Both the position numbers and the translations under genes were made by a program. 64,000 bases of DNA from Octopus sinensis (taxonomy: Eukaryota), in contig NC_043007.1 in the NCBI RefSeq assembly GCF_006345805.1, positions 60,016,001-60,080,000 of the forward strand, in the 5' to 3' direction. How positions within the stretch are numbered: the first letter of the stretch is position 1; every line of letters begins with the position of its first letter. A model generated the notes under the pieces. It saw only the letters and a program-made list of their open reading frames with translations, ran no database searches and had not been told where the DNA came from. This document shows positions 12,979-26,940 of the stretch, in pieces.

Positions 12979-13496
12979 TATGCTCTTCTCCATCATTACG
13001 ATTAAAATTAATATCTATGATTTTGTTCGGCTCTACGAATTTAATTTGTTTTTAAATGCTTCTGTCTGTTACTTGATACAGGAAATTGGAAAATCCTGGC
13101 CAAAACAGAGAAATTCTAACTTGAAAAAAAAATTTAACAGAAGAAAAGGTTCTGCTTTCCAAAGTCTAAAGGCATGTTTTTAGCTGAGGCGTAATTTTAT
13201 GATTAAAACGAATTCAAAATTTAAATTTCAGAACATAAGACTTACCACGTTATCTAGCATATAGCTGCAGTTCAAATGGGTACAAAAATGTGTGTGTGTG
13301 TGTGTGTGTATGTGGTTCAGTCTTTAATAGCCAGGGATCAATTTAATTTCAATCGCAGAAAGGAATTCAAAACGGCAACACACGCAATCATATACAAACA
13401 TAACCCATACATACACACACATACACAAATACATAGCTATCAGCCATTCCCAAAAGCCAGTTTGATCACCATTCTTCATATATTTGCACACACACA

Positions 13497-13571
<75 letters not shown>

Positions 13572-13944
13572 TCAACTTTTTGCTTTAATTCATTACATTT
13601 TTTTCCTTTTAATCTTCTGTCACTATTTATCTGTTTTCAGTTTTTGTTTTTATTTGGGGGGTTTCACTTTAGCGACACCAGTTACACATTATACCAGGAA
13701 TTTGCTTGGTGTTGTCAAAGTGGAAAATTGATATTTAAATTTTTGAAAATTTGAAACAAAAAGGCATATTTTTTTTAAAAACTGACTGTCGCGTAGATGT
13801 GAAAACATGGCTACTGCTCGTTAATTTCAAGTTAAACTTACCAAAGACGAGTGTCTTCCAGCATCCCTCTAACGCCCCAAGTATTTTAACGCCCCTAGTG
13901 CTCCTTTGCTCCAAAACGCCTCCCTCGAATTCCAAATAGCTCCC

Positions 13945-13985
13945 GGAGCCATTTGGCCCCCGTTGAAAACCTTTGCTTTAAGACA
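13945..13985 (-). mobile_element. hAT-like terminus
   Basis: Reverse complement ...AAAGGTTTTCAACGGGGGCCAAATGG resembles hAT MITE ends. The element probably extends leftwards to about 13740. Confidence 0.4.
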
Positions 13986-14259
13986 TTCAATACAGATCTT
14001 CCTACACCAATTAGGCTTGTTAACTTGCTTATTGGTGACTGAAAGAACTTGTAATTAACCGAAAATATTAAACAAATAAGGAAGGTATCAGACGGTCGGG
14101 AGATATGCTAAAAACAACAGCTAAATCGCCCTTAACTTTTTTCTATAGTGAAACCATATTCAATACCATATTTATGAATTTGTTTCTCTCACTATGATAC
14201 ATGGGATCATTTTAGAAACATTTTTCAAGAAAAAAAAAACATGAATCTAAGATTTTTTC

Positions 14260-14711
14260 AAACACTCAAGCAAAAGCATAATTTATGAATTTCTTTCTCA
14301 TCGAAAGTCGTCTCCTTACCCCATCGGAAAAGATTTTCCTCACAAATTTCTTTATAACCGTAATGTATGTCGTTTGAACGGTATTCATTTAAAAGTTCAT
14401 TAAAAGATGTCCATTTTCCTCAAAGTTATGGAGGGAAAAATATCAGACCTTGTGAATTTTCCGAAAGTCCTCTCCCCACAGCCTCGGAAAAGATTTTCCC
14501 CACAAATTTTTTATAATCATAATCTATGCCGTTTGAAAGGTATTTACATAAAATTTCATTAAAAAAAAGCCCATTTTCCTAAATGTTATGCGGGAAAAAC
14601 TCGGATCTTGTGAATTTTCTGAAAGTCCTCTCCTCTCTCCCCGGTTGGATTGCGCGCATTTTTGTTTTCATATTCGTTTCATACACATTTTTTTGCACCC
14701 GTTGAACTAGT
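14260..14711 (+). mobile_element. Helitron-like non-autonomous element 3' end with internal tandem repeats of about 160 bp
   Basis: Unit starting GAAAGTC at 14303, 14463 and 14621 (periods 160 and 158). Ends in CTAG|T at 14707-14711. Confidence 0.5.
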
Positions 14712-15420
14712 TTTTTGTGTGACCGGGTACTAAAGTAAACATTAACCAATGTTTACACACACACACGGCTTCGCGTGATTGAAGTGGAGGTAAAAATTTA
14801 AATAGCAATATTTTTTGTCGCTTATATCCCACCAATGGACTACACGTGAGTTACTTCGGCATCATCGTTCCATAAAATGTGTTTAATGGAAGAAAAATAT
14901 TGAAGAAAAACACCGATACATGCGACGATGCGAAAGTGAAAAGGGAGGGTAGTTTGGGATGTGCTAGAAACAACAGCCAAATCTCCCTTGAATCGTACAC
15001 CTTTTCCTCTGAAAATATTTACAATTTTTTTTTTTACCCCTCCCAAGGTTTTTATTTCTTTCGGTAATTTATCGTAGTTGTTTGCAAATAGCAAATTAAA
15101 ACTTGAAATGGAAACATTAAGATAGAAAGTTAGAGACTTTGCAAATGAAAACGAAATATTTCGCCGTTGCTACGTCAATACCAGAAGTTGACGTTGAAAA
15201 ACTTTTTTAAAGAAGTGATTCATGTATATAAAGCAATATTATTTACTTTTAATAAGAAAAAATAAGCTAAAAACCCTATTGTGTATCCGAAGTCAAATTA
15301 TTCATGCATCTCAAGTATGAAAGCAATTTGGTCAGCTGTTTTCGCCTGAAAAACGAATACACACACTTCTTATATAAGAAGATCTATATGTGTGTGTGTG
15401 TATATATATATATGTATGTA

Positions 15421-15456
<36 letters not shown>

Positions 15457-15501
15457 TACATACATATACATATATACACATATATACATACATGCATATC
15501 T

Positions 15502-15535
<34 letters not shown>

Positions 15536-15627
15536 CAAAGGGTAAAATTAATTAATTAAGAAGTAATCAGTAATTTCACCAAGTAGAATTCGGCATGAAA
15601 AAGACCATTTCATGGTAAGCTTAAGTA

Positions 15628-15824
15628 ATACTTTATAATTAGGGTTCAGCAAAGATTTGCTTCACCACATACCGAAGTTTAGAATAGCAGTCAAAAAATC
15701 TTAGCTTTTCCTCTACTGGGAGTCCCTTTTAAAGTAGAAGGAATAGCTAAGATTTTTTGACTGCTATTTCTAAACTTCGGTATGTGGTGAAGCAAATCTT
15801 TGCTGAACCCTAATTATAAAGTAT
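15628..15824. repeat. Inverted repeat, arms of about 90 bp, 15-bp spacer
   Basis: 15628-15717 is the reverse complement of 15733-15824 with a few indels or mismatches. Confidence 0.9.
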
Positions 15825-15829
15825 ATTAT

Positions 15830-15889
<60 letters not shown>

Positions 15890-16639
15890 AACATGAAGAG
15901 AAAACACAACAACGAGAGGACCAGGAACAAGTATAGTGTTATAGGACGCTCAGGAAAGGAAAGGAAGAAGGAGGATTTAACGTTTCGAGCGGAGCTCTTT
16001 GTCAGAAACATAGAAACAGGAAAGGTCCAAGGAAGGGAAGACGGAGAAAGAAAATCGCCAACGATACACACGCGGTCACATATTGAAATAACCGGAAGGG
16101 AATGAGTGAAGAAAAAGTTCTTTCAAAGACAGGAGAGTGCAAGAGAAGGAGGTATGTGTGTGTGTGGGCATGTGCGTTCACACAGGTGTGTGTGTCTGTG
16201 TGTGTGTGTGGTTGTGGCTTTATTTAAAAAGGAAAATTAACCGCCTTCCCAACTCTATAAACAAAAACGAAAGCGTGCATGATATAAGACCACTACGTGG
16301 TTTCGCAGCTAGCGACATTCCAATAGATTCCATAGTGCCTGCCAGCCAAACTACGTGACTACTACGACTATGGTAAATCGCAGGCACAACCACAACGATT
16401 ACTGTAGTAGTAGTTGTAGTCAGGATTATTTTTTGGTGAAATGTACTCTTACTGAAATTTTCCGAGAAAAAATAACTTTGGCTTTGAAGTACTCTCTCGA
16501 GGAGAGAGTATCCTCTATCAAAGTAAGTAAAAAACACCAGATACAGTATTAAAAGCTGTTAACGAAATTGGTGATGAGTATATACAGCATTGTGATGAAC
16601 CCACATTCTGGCAGATTAACGCCTGTCTATATTCTCTGG

Positions 16640-17119
16640 CAGCTACTGCAAAGCAGTACATGAATGACAATCAAAAAGTGAACAAAACCGAAACAACAAA
16701 GAAAGTACCATCATGGGTTTTGAAGACAGAAAAGGATAACTGGTTTACAGAAGACCACCAGTCATGTAATGATGCTTACTGCGTGCAAACAAGCAAAACA
16801 CTATACGTCCCACCAACAGAAAGTAAAGAAGGAGATAGAAATGATGTCTGGAGACACCAAAAAGAGAACACTTACTTGCAAACTGATTACCTTCAAGCAA
16901 GAGCTAAAAACTGTCAGTGAAAAACTCCGACATCAGAAGAGAATAACCAACAGGAAAACAATAAACAAAAGTATTAACCGGAACCAGGCAGCAGTATACA
17001 GAAACGTGAGAGGATGGACAGTGAATATCATAGAATCTTCGATCTACAGACCTTTGGGCTATGGGACCCAGCATGTTGCCACTATGCACTCCGCTCAACG
17101 AGTGATTAAGCAAATATAA
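16640..17119 (+). mobile_element. Degenerate fragment of an R4/Dong-like LINE ORF (region upstream of RT)
   Basis: KQELKTVSEKLRHQKRITNRKTINK..NQAAVYRN resembles the basic helix preceding RT in RLE-type LINEs. Frameshifted. Confidence 0.5.
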
Positions 17120-17850
17120 AATGTATTGTTTCTTATATTGTCTGTTCTGGGTTACTCAGCTTTTTTTACATAATCCATCATGTTTTTCATTTATTGTTTG
17201 TTCACTTATTTATTTCTAGGCATTGGACTGTATCAAATGTACAAAACTATGCAATGCATACTGCAGTATTAGTTTACTGAATGAAAGGCAAGGTTTCACT
17301 CTGCCGATACTTCGAGAGTCACATATGATAAACTACAAATGACAAGCCACATACATAGATTCATGCAGCGCAAATATTTCTGTGTCTTTTCATTTGTCAT
17401 CTGCAGATCAGCCAGAAGCGAATAAACTCTTTAATTTTTTTCCCCACGAAGCATATCAAGCAAGTTTCCTAGTAATATTTCAGGAAAGTACTCTGCCAAA
17501 ACTGCTGTTTATAGACTGTTCAAAGATCGAAAAAATATATTACTCAATTCAATGATTCCAGATTATAGTACAATTCTGATAAAGGCAGTGTGAGCTGAGA
17601 GAATCGTTAGCACGTTGAACAAAGTGCTTAACGGCACTTCTAGATCTTTACGATCTGTATTCAAATGTCGCCAAAGGTGACTTTACCTTTCATCCTTTCG
17701 GAGTCGGTAAAACACGTGCCAGTTGAGCAATGGGATCGATGTAATTGACTAAACCCTACCACAAAATTTCAGGCCCTGTAGCTATAGTAAAAAGATTAAG
17801 TATGACAGTAGTTGTTGGTCAAATGTTAGAATTGTTAGAGCGTCGGATGG

Positions 17851-18486
17851 GAAGCTAAAGCACACAGAGTAAAGCCGCTTGGCACAGATTGACCTTGAAC
17901 TTTCGTAAGTTTTAACGTTCTAACTTACCTCCGCTATTTTCAGCATTGCTTGGAAGGGTAGTGTGTGATCGTTGCATTGACCATAACAGAGAAAGTTGTC
18001 ATGGTGATACCTGCTCAGAGACCTACACTAGGTTGCAGAAAGTGTATGGAGAGGAGTGTATGAGCTGCACACAAGTGTACGAGTGGTTCAGACGTTTCCA
18101 AGATAGCCGAAACAATGTCGACATTGACAAACGTTCTGGGAGACCCGCAACCAGTAGAACTGAGAAAAACATCGCAAATGTGCGTGCAACTGTGAGGGGA
18201 AACCACCAAATCACTATCCGTGAGTTATCAGAGGATGTGCAGATCAGTTACGGTTCAGTTCAGTCCATTATCACTGAAGATTTGGGTATGAGACGTGTGT
18301 CTGCCAAGTTTATGCCAAAATTGCTTTCATCTGACCAATAAGACATTCGGGGAAGTGAGATAGAACGTTAAAACTTAGTGTGCATGCACAGCAGAGTTCA
18401 AGGTCAATCTTTGTCAAGCGGCTTGACTCTGCGTGCTTTAGCTTCGTTACTATAGCAACAATCCGGATACTTATTGATCAGACCAC

Positions 18487-18489
<3 letters not shown>
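17851..18489 (+). mobile_element. Internally deleted mariner element, HTH-only transposase (17946-18341)
   Basis: ...QKVYGEECMS..QVYEWFRRF...RSGRP...ITIRELSEDVQISYGSVQSIITEDLGMRRVSAKFMPKLLS. Inverted arms at 17851-17932 and 18349-18445. Right TIR ...TTATTGATCAGACCACGTA. Confidence 0.9.
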
Positions 18490-18534
<45 letters not shown>

Positions 18535-20069
18535 TCATCTTATCTTGGCTAGTATTGAGACCATTTCAAATAGGTTAGATCAGTATTACGAAAAGGCATT
18601 TTACTTTTGTTTCATTAACATCCAATCATTTAAAGCATTCTTACATATGTATGTTCACGTTTGAGTAAATCAAAAGATGAAGCGCATAGATGTAGAAAGA
18701 AAGAAACAAAGGAAGAAAGAAAAGGAGAAAGGAGAGAAGAAACGAGGTTAGGGGAGGGTGAACCATATAATTACTTATCCCAACCAAAAGTTAAATTCCT
18801 GTCAGCTCTTGTAATTAGGTGCGCTGAACTGTTCGGAATTCAAATTAAGGAAATGTGACTTCATTAATTCTTCACTAAATATGTTAATTGTGATTCAATG
18901 CTCGGAATGACGTCAACAGAGTTGCGAGTATTGAAGAGGTTGAACTGATGTGATGACAAAAGACAAATGATCACGAACTCATCTCGTGTTTGTAATATTA
19001 AAACCACATGTCAGCACTTTTTTTATTGCCTTAAATATAGATAACACTAATATCAGTTCGAAATAACCACACCATCAACAAAAACGAAATGGCATTAATT
19101 AAACATTTCTATCTGACATTCATTCATGTTAATTTTTCTATGTAATATATACTTACCGCCAGGTGATAAGTGCGTTAAATCTAAATATGGAAACTATTTA
19201 TGCTACGAGGCTTTCGCCACGCATGCCTGCATTAAATGTAAGCTAGTTATTATTAAAGTGCAGTTTTCATTAAATGTCAACCGCTAATGATTACTGTACA
19301 AGGTGCCAAACACGTAGTGATCCACTTACAATCTCTAGCGGGTTTTTTAGCATATATTTACTGTTACACTTTTACATTTATATTTTCCTGGTGCCTGGAA
19401 AATTATATTGTGTAACACGAATTTTGTCCTTGGGTAGCAACTATTATTCCCTATTTGCTTACCGCTAGAAAATATGAAAAATGGTTAATATTTCCTCCAA
19501 ACATTGTTTTTCTTGCATTTATTTAAACATCAAAGAATCCCTCTCAACATATGACTATGATGTGTCCTCAGTGACAAATACCCTACGGTCCCTTGGGAGC
19601 TAAACGAGAGCAGCTACTTTATGATATATTCTTTGAGTCTACAAAGCCGCTTTGCTTCACAGTATAGATTAAATCCTCTTAAGCTGCGATACTAAACCAA
19701 CTCATCAAAAGATGAACTTATCATAAATATCTTATTTTAGGACACGGTGAAAAATTTGTTGAAGCGTATGTTAGCCGATGGAGAACGTGTTTAATGGCGT
19801 GCTTGTTATTCTATTATCATTACTATTTTCATTAGTTATGTTTATGATGTTTATGAGACAGCAAGACAAAACATTCTTAATTCCTTGAAATAATACATCT
19901 TTTCTTTCAGAGTTATTAAAAAGTGCTGCTATGTTTCGGCTTGCTTTCTCCAACTCAGAGACAAATTTCAATTAATCAAGAATTTTTTATGCTTGACATT
20001 CGGTATATCACTCCCAAAAACTCATTTTGAAAATAGTCAATGATCTTTTAATATACCCCAAGATTGATG

Positions 20070-20340
20070 TATTTTAACTCAAACGAATTTGTAAAAGACA
20101 GTTCCTTTTTTTTTTATGGCCGTCAACAGCGATAGAACTTTCGTAGAAGTTATCGATTTGTCAAGGAGAAAGACAGCTCCTATGATGCTTTTCAGGGTCT
20201 CCGAGACCAGTGAAAACCCTGACTTCGGATGCTTGCAACAGAATGGACCTCCCCGCCAAATGCACCCCAAGTCCCAGAAAATGGCGTTACACCGGGTGTA
20301 GGATTACGTCTGCCACTTAAATAGAGTGATTTTAATTCAG
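20070..20340 (-). mobile_element. Probable L1/Tx1-like ORF2 C-terminal fragment
   Basis: GC-richer decayed coding-like stretch collinear with the RT fragment at 21130-21560. Motif match is weak. Confidence 0.35.
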
Positions 20341-21129
20341 AACTCAGAGATTCCAAGCAAGACAAACTGTCCGACACACTGACGATTCTGTCAGTCCACT
20401 ACACAAGGCGGTTACTTTAATATGTAGGTCTTGGAAGGATGATAGGCAAGGTTGACCTGAGTAGAATTTGAACTCAGAAGGCGAGGAGCCAGAATAAACA
20501 CTGCATAGTACATATCTGCCAGTTGGTCGCTTCATTTGCACAGAGCCTCATTTTGGATGGGACTTTTCTTACTGCATGTTTCATGCCGGTCTAGTAGCCT
20601 GTTGCCAAGTTATAGCAATTACATTAATGTTCCAACTCAATCAGTTACAATATCTGCAGTTTCAGTGTAAGCAAATAAATAAATGATAGAAAACAAACAT
20701 CGATAATGTATCCTTTTGTATTCTATTTTCTTTTTATTTTCTCCTCTTATCGAATGCTACGTAAAGCAGATTATACAATCCATGGCGACGAGGCTCGCTG
20801 TTTTAATTTGCCTAGGTGATAGATGGGAAGTTGTAAGCAATGTGATAATTAATTAGATGAAGAGCGCGAGGGCATTCTCATGAAAGAAGAGAGCCGAGTT
20901 GGATAATGCAGAGTCCCTGGAATTGTATCTAAGTTCGGGACTGATAAATTAATGACTTGACATTCTGAGAGTTTAGTGTCTAATTTAATGAACCAGCAAG
21001 TGATATAAATATACTGAATGGTGAACTGTATGTGATGAGTAAATATATATTTTTTTACACATTCACACACACGAATACAATTTTATCTAATGACATAATA
21101 ATGATAATAATAAATCTTTCTACTATATG

Positions 21130-21560
21130 CAAAGATCCTAAAATTTATGGGAGGGGGCAAGGCACGACGGTCAGAAAAAAATATATAACGGAGGCGATAT
21201 ATGAATTCACTACCTCTGCCAAATCTTTCAGAGACAACTTTTTCTCGGATTGTTTCTGTGTGAGATTGGTTACCTTGCTCGTCACCTCGTCACAGTTCTT
21301 CTTCATTTGGAGACCTGGACCAAACCAGACCCCGTGCAATTTAACTGGTCACTGAAGTTGTTATCGGTATTTTGCAACTCTCTACCTCCCTTGCCGAGAG
21401 TCGTGGCACGCCGTCGAGGTAGATACTGAAGTCCATCCTGCATTCTGGAGTGTGTATTTTTTAATATATTTTAATAAGTTCTTGATGCGTGTGTCTAAGC
21501 CTGAGTAAATGGTGATGCCTTGAAAGTGCTGTTCATGTTGGTTGGGATTGCTATTTGTTT
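21130..21560 (-). mobile_element. L1/Tx1-like reverse transcriptase fragment
   Basis: GVWFGPGLQMKKNCDEVTSKV...KKLSLKDLAEVVNSYIASVIY..LTVVPCP; same family as 51315-52560. Confidence 0.8.
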
Positions 21561-21779
21561 TCATGTGTGTGTGTGTGTGTGTGTATGTGTGTGTGTGTGA
21601 GTGTGTGCGTGTGTGTGTGAGTGTGTGTGTGTGTGTGAATTAGCGATTCAGCAAAAAGAGATCGATACACTATGTACCATATTTATAAATAAGTTCTGGG
21701 CTCGTCAACTTGTCTGACTAAACCCTTCAATATCAGCCAAGCATTTCGTCAAGAAATTGTTGGCGAATGTACAGATGAG

Positions 21780-22866
21780 CATTGGTTCCAAAACTTTTAT
21801 AATACGAACACAAAGAGGAAGGCTGGAGACGACTTTCTGCCATTAACAATGACCAAATTAGAGCCATTATTTACGTGAGCGCAACTGAAATAACTTGAGA
21901 ATTTGTTGAAAAACTAAACGTTGACCATTAAAACGGTTGTTTGATAGTTGCAGCACAATAGAAATATCTTGACTAAAAGATGTCGCGTGCGCTGCACGAA
22001 AATACAAAAGAAAATATATAATAACCTCTATTATGAAGTTTGTACTGTGAGTTCAATGCGATACAAACCAAAAATCCATTTCTGTATTACATTGTGTCAT
22101 GTGATAAAAAATGAATGTACGACAATAATGACGTTCGGCACCGAAAAACACCGAAGCATGTTCCCAAACCGAAGTTGCATTAAAAGAAGATTATGGTCAC
22201 TGTTTTGTAATCAGCAGATGGAATCCTTCAATAATATTTGTTGAATCTTGGCGAAATCAACAAATCAACAAAATGCAATACTTCGTCCAATAGTGGCCAA
22301 TCAAAACAGACCGATTCTTCTCCCTGACTTGCAAGAACTCATCACATAAACCATACAGCAAAAATTGAATGCTCTGGGTTACAAAACTCCATCTTATCCA
22401 GCTCACTCCGTAGACCTCTCTCCGACTGATTACCACTTTTTCATCTCGGTAGTTTCATGCAAAAGGTTTACTACAACCAAGCTGCATCTGAAAATGCCTT
22501 CGAAGAATGTATCACTTCCAGAACACCAGAATTCTACGTTACCGGTGTAGATTTGTTTCTTGTTGGTGAAAATGTGTAGATTCGAATGGTTATTATTTCA
22601 ATTATTTAGGTGGCGAGATAATTAGACAGGATGTTGCTTGACAAGATTTCTTCCAGCTCTTTACGTTCTGAGCTCAAGTTACACTAAGATCAACTTTCGT
22701 AGTAGATAAAATAGCTACCAGTTGAACACCGGGGTCGATGTAATCGACTTACCCCTCCCTTAAAATTACTGGTCTTGTGCCAAAATTTATAAACCATTGT
22801 TTCAATTAGTAAATTTTTAAGAATTTTTATGGTTACACCCATAATTATTTTTGCACTTACCTGAAT
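21780..22866 (+). mobile_element. Heavily decayed mariner element, interrupted by SINE A at about 22610-22800
   Basis: QKLNALGYKTPSYPAHSVDLSPTDYHFF (HPxYSPDLxPxDYH motif). Right TIR-like ...ATTTTTGCACTTACCTGAATTA. Confidence 0.75.
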
Positions 22867-24329
22867 TAGCTTTCTTGGAAAGTTATATCACACACCAAAA
22901 AGCAAATAAATTAAATAACTCTGTTAAAAAGAAAAAAAGGAGACAAATCCTATAGCATTATCACAAAACTGAAACCAATCAGAATAATAGAATTGATGAG
23001 CTAACATTTTACGTTTATTTTTGCAAATTACATCTTTACAGTGTGACTTACATATAAAAGCCATGGTATTTGGCAAAGTTATTTATCGAGCTTTTATGGA
23101 TTAGAGAAAGTTTCTAAGGCATTTTTTAAAATCTTGTTTTCGCATGGAGTTCACCGTTCACATGTTCACCGTTACATTATGTATATACATTAATGCCTTA
23201 AGCTTGTTCTTTTTTAACATTCATGTGGATAGATTTGTGAATTTGTACATTGAAACAGGGTTGATCAGAGTTCAATATCTTCTATTGCACCATAATCCCA
23301 CAAAGTGATATTAAGTCTATTTTCATTATAGATCATCACTGATAGTCATTTTCATAGACACTTTACCATGATTGTAGCAGGATTTAAACTTTGGCGTCTT
23401 AACCAGTCGGTCACCATGTCATCCAAATATAATTTCTTTACTATTTTCATTTACTTTAATCACTAAATGGCAGGACATTTCCTCAAAAGCAGTAAATAGT
23501 TAATTAATTATAATTAATTAAGCAATAGACAGCATTTATATTTTGCTGTTTCGCTTGTGTGATGCAAGGTAAACTGTTATTTGTAATATATTGGAGCCAT
23601 CGCTGTATTGTGGCAATTATAAACCGCCAAGGTTAGTTTTTGCCTTTCATCCTATCGGGGTCGATGACATAAAGTACTAATCCTGGAGAGTAGGTTGGTG
23701 CAATTGTTAAAGTGCCAGATACCGTGTAGCGTTCGTTCCGGCCATTTACGTTCTATGTTCTATGGTAACAGTCTTAATCCATCAACCAGATTAACACCAC
23801 CACTTTGTTGCAAACGTCTCGATCAGATTCCCGTTCAGGAATAGCTTGCTTTCTTCTCTCCAGCTTTGGAAACCTTCAGGACAAGGGTAATGAGGGACGC
23901 CCCTCTCTCCCAAACTAAACAGAAAAAAAGATAAGGGAAAACATTGAAGCTAATAAGATATAACAGCGATCTATCGATTGTTGAATTCGTTCAATATTTG
24001 CTCTCGAAATTTACAAGCACTAACTTTGTCTCGTGCATCGCTAGAATATTTTCTTACGAAGAACTAATTAAGTCATATGGTCTGTGATCGTATCATGGAG
24101 AGTACAGATGGCCGAAGGGATATATTAGATGACAAACAGCAGACAGATCGCCAGTACTTCATATCTTTCAGTGTGCTTCATGGCGTCCATCCTGTTGTTA
24201 GCATTGAGGCTAAGTCACTGGTCTAATAATAGCGTATTCCTTTCCTCAATTCCAAATACTACGAGTGCTGCCCTTTCTCTTCATTATCAATATTTAGTTG
24301 TGTTTGGCCACAACACAGCTGATTATTCA

Positions 24330-24510
24330 TAATGATATCAAACTTTGGCACAAGGCCAGCAAGTTCGGAGCAGGGGTAAGTCGATTACATCGACTCCAGT
24401 GGTACTTATTTTGTCGGCACCGAAAGGATGAAAGGCAAAGTCGATCTCGACGGAATTTGAACTCACAACGTGAAGACGGACGAAATGCCGCTAAGAATTG
24501 GCTCAGTCTA
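24330..24510 (-). mobile_element. SINE family A
   Basis: Core AAAGGCAAAGTCGA...GGAATTTGAACTC. Confidence 0.8.
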
Positions 24511-26724
24511 CCTGACAGTAAACAGGTACTGTAGTCTCGATGATTATAGTCAGTGATCTTCCTCTTCATTAATTAGTTTCTAATTTAGGCGCAACGCCAG
24601 GAATTTGAGGGGAGGGATCTCTCCGACTGTATTGATGCCCCAACAAATTCTACCAATCTACCGCCCTCTTCTTCTTCATTAATAAAAATCTGTTGTCTGT
24701 TCATGACATTCAACTATCAAATAGTCCAGTCCAAGTAACCGTTAATAGATACTCCAGGGTAAGAACAGCTCGCTACTGTAGGCAGCGAAAATGCACTTGA
24801 AAAGTTCTGTTAATATGGATGAGGATTGACCGGTGAAAAGCAACTGGCGTGTAACCTTCCTAGAATAACTACACAAACACCAGTTTTCCAGTTCTCAAGT
24901 GATAAGATCTCAACCAACAAGTAAATGGAACTCTCGGGAGCTGATGGTGCGTTACGACGTACACTCATCCAAGTGCTCTTTATATGGGCTTGAATTACAT
25001 ATATACATAACATACGTACGTAAACGCTTTGTGTTTCCTAAGTAAGCATGCAAAAACAGTCGATATCACTTATTGAGATAGGTTAACTAATCGAGAATAA
25101 ATATATAAATAAATAAATATCGGTGTGCGGTCATAAAAAAAAATTATGCTTATGAAAAATGCTTTGAACAGATCTATCGGAATAAGTAGGAAATTGATAT
25201 GTGAATAAATTCAATGATAAATTTTCATTCTTGCAACATTTACCATGTTCATTAGCAATACACTAACACTAGCAACACCACGACCACTACTACCACCACT
25301 ACCACCATTACTGTTAAAACATTCAATGTCTGTCAACTTGGTTTTTGAATATTTTAATATTTCCGGTGTTAATTTGTCTACCATTTTTTATCAATCTGAA
25401 ACGAGGGAATATATTATTACTGTTGATATTACATACATATATACATACATATGTATATTCACACATATACATACACAGACACATATATTCTTTTCATGAG
25501 TGATTTATCTTAAAAACTACATTCCTCTTTCCCTTCTTTTTTGCCTCACACTCGTGCCCGTTGCAAGCTCCTCGTTTCTACCCCTTCCTCACACATACAA
25601 TACGATTACACTTATACACCTTCCTCTCATACATCCACTAACCCATGCCACTTCACTCTCATATTTGCACACCTCTACACATTTATACATGCTCCAAAAA
25701 AACTACATCGGTAAAATTCCCCTAGAGATTATCTCAGTCTATAAATAATAATATAGTCTTAATCTCCACCTCCTTTCCTGATTCCACCAGATGGAATCGC
25801 ATTCCTACCTAGCTACTAATCCCTTCGTTTTCTTTTCCTCCAACCACATTTTTTATTTATTCTCTTTTATTTTCTTTTTTGTACCTTCCTTCCGATGAAG
25901 TATTGTCGTGCGAAACGTCAACACTTTCCTTTCTTTTTAAGTATGAAACTACTAAATTTGCTAAAACTTGTTGCCCCACATTAGCTTCTTTATTTTTTTT
26001 AGTTCATTGCCTTGTGTATATATACGGTAGAATCTAACAAAGAACTAATTTCAAAAATGACCTGTGGAGGCACATTTTACATCTTAGATGGATGATAATG
26101 ATTACACAACATCTCACCAATGTAATACAAATGTTAAAACATGTCGAAACAATAGCAGTGCTTTTAAATAATGAAGGTCGATCATTCCATTTTCTATTAT
26201 ATATCTATTTATATAAACTACGGATACTATGGAATTCCTGATATATATCCAGTAGCAAGAGTATTTCCACTGTAAGATGACATTAGGTAACCAATAACTG
26301 TGGACGAGCTTTGCATAGCATACTACAAGGTTTTTACCTGAATCTTATTTAACTATGTATATACATGTATGTGTGTTTGTGTGTATGTGTGTGTGTGTGT
26401 GTGTGTGGTGTGTGTGTGGTGTGTGTGTGTGTTTGCGTGTGCATGTGTCTGGGTCTGCATGCATTCATATACATAAATGTTTGCGTTGTGTGTACGCGCG
26501 CACACACACACACACACACTGAAGTTAAATATTTAAATGGTTTTTTTCTCTCTTTCTCCCCTCTCCCTCTCTCACGCACAACACACTCATGCACGCACAT
26601 GCACACACGCACACACACATATACAGAGGCTCGCACAATGGTGCACAATTAAAATAATTAGTTTCTAAATATAAATAGATTACGTATTGATGCAATGGAT
26701 GAAATGGCAATGTAACGAGAGAAC

Positions 26725-26940
26725 AAGGCGGCGAGCAGGCAGAACCGTTAGCAAGCCGGGAAAAATGCTTAGCGGCATTTCTTCCGTCTTTAAGTTCTGA
26801 GTTCAAATGCCGCCGAGGTCGACTTTGCCTTTCATCCTTTAGGGGTCGATAAAATAAGTACCAGTTGAACGCTGGGGTTGATGTAATCGATTTAACTCTT
26901 CCCTTGAAATTACTGGCTTTATGCTATAATTTGAAATCAA
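26725..26940 (+). mobile_element. SINE family A
   Basis: GGCGGCGAGCAGGCAGAACCGTTAGC...GAGTTCAAATGCCGCCGAGGTCGACTTTGCC. Confidence 0.9.

Noticed and set aside
16288-16304. Minus-strand GAAACCAC-GTA-GTGGTC, a perfect hammerhead stem III with a GUC site
   Set aside because: No CUGANGA strand or stem I partner found at a workable distance. The nearby hairpin at about 16470-16515 does not complete it.
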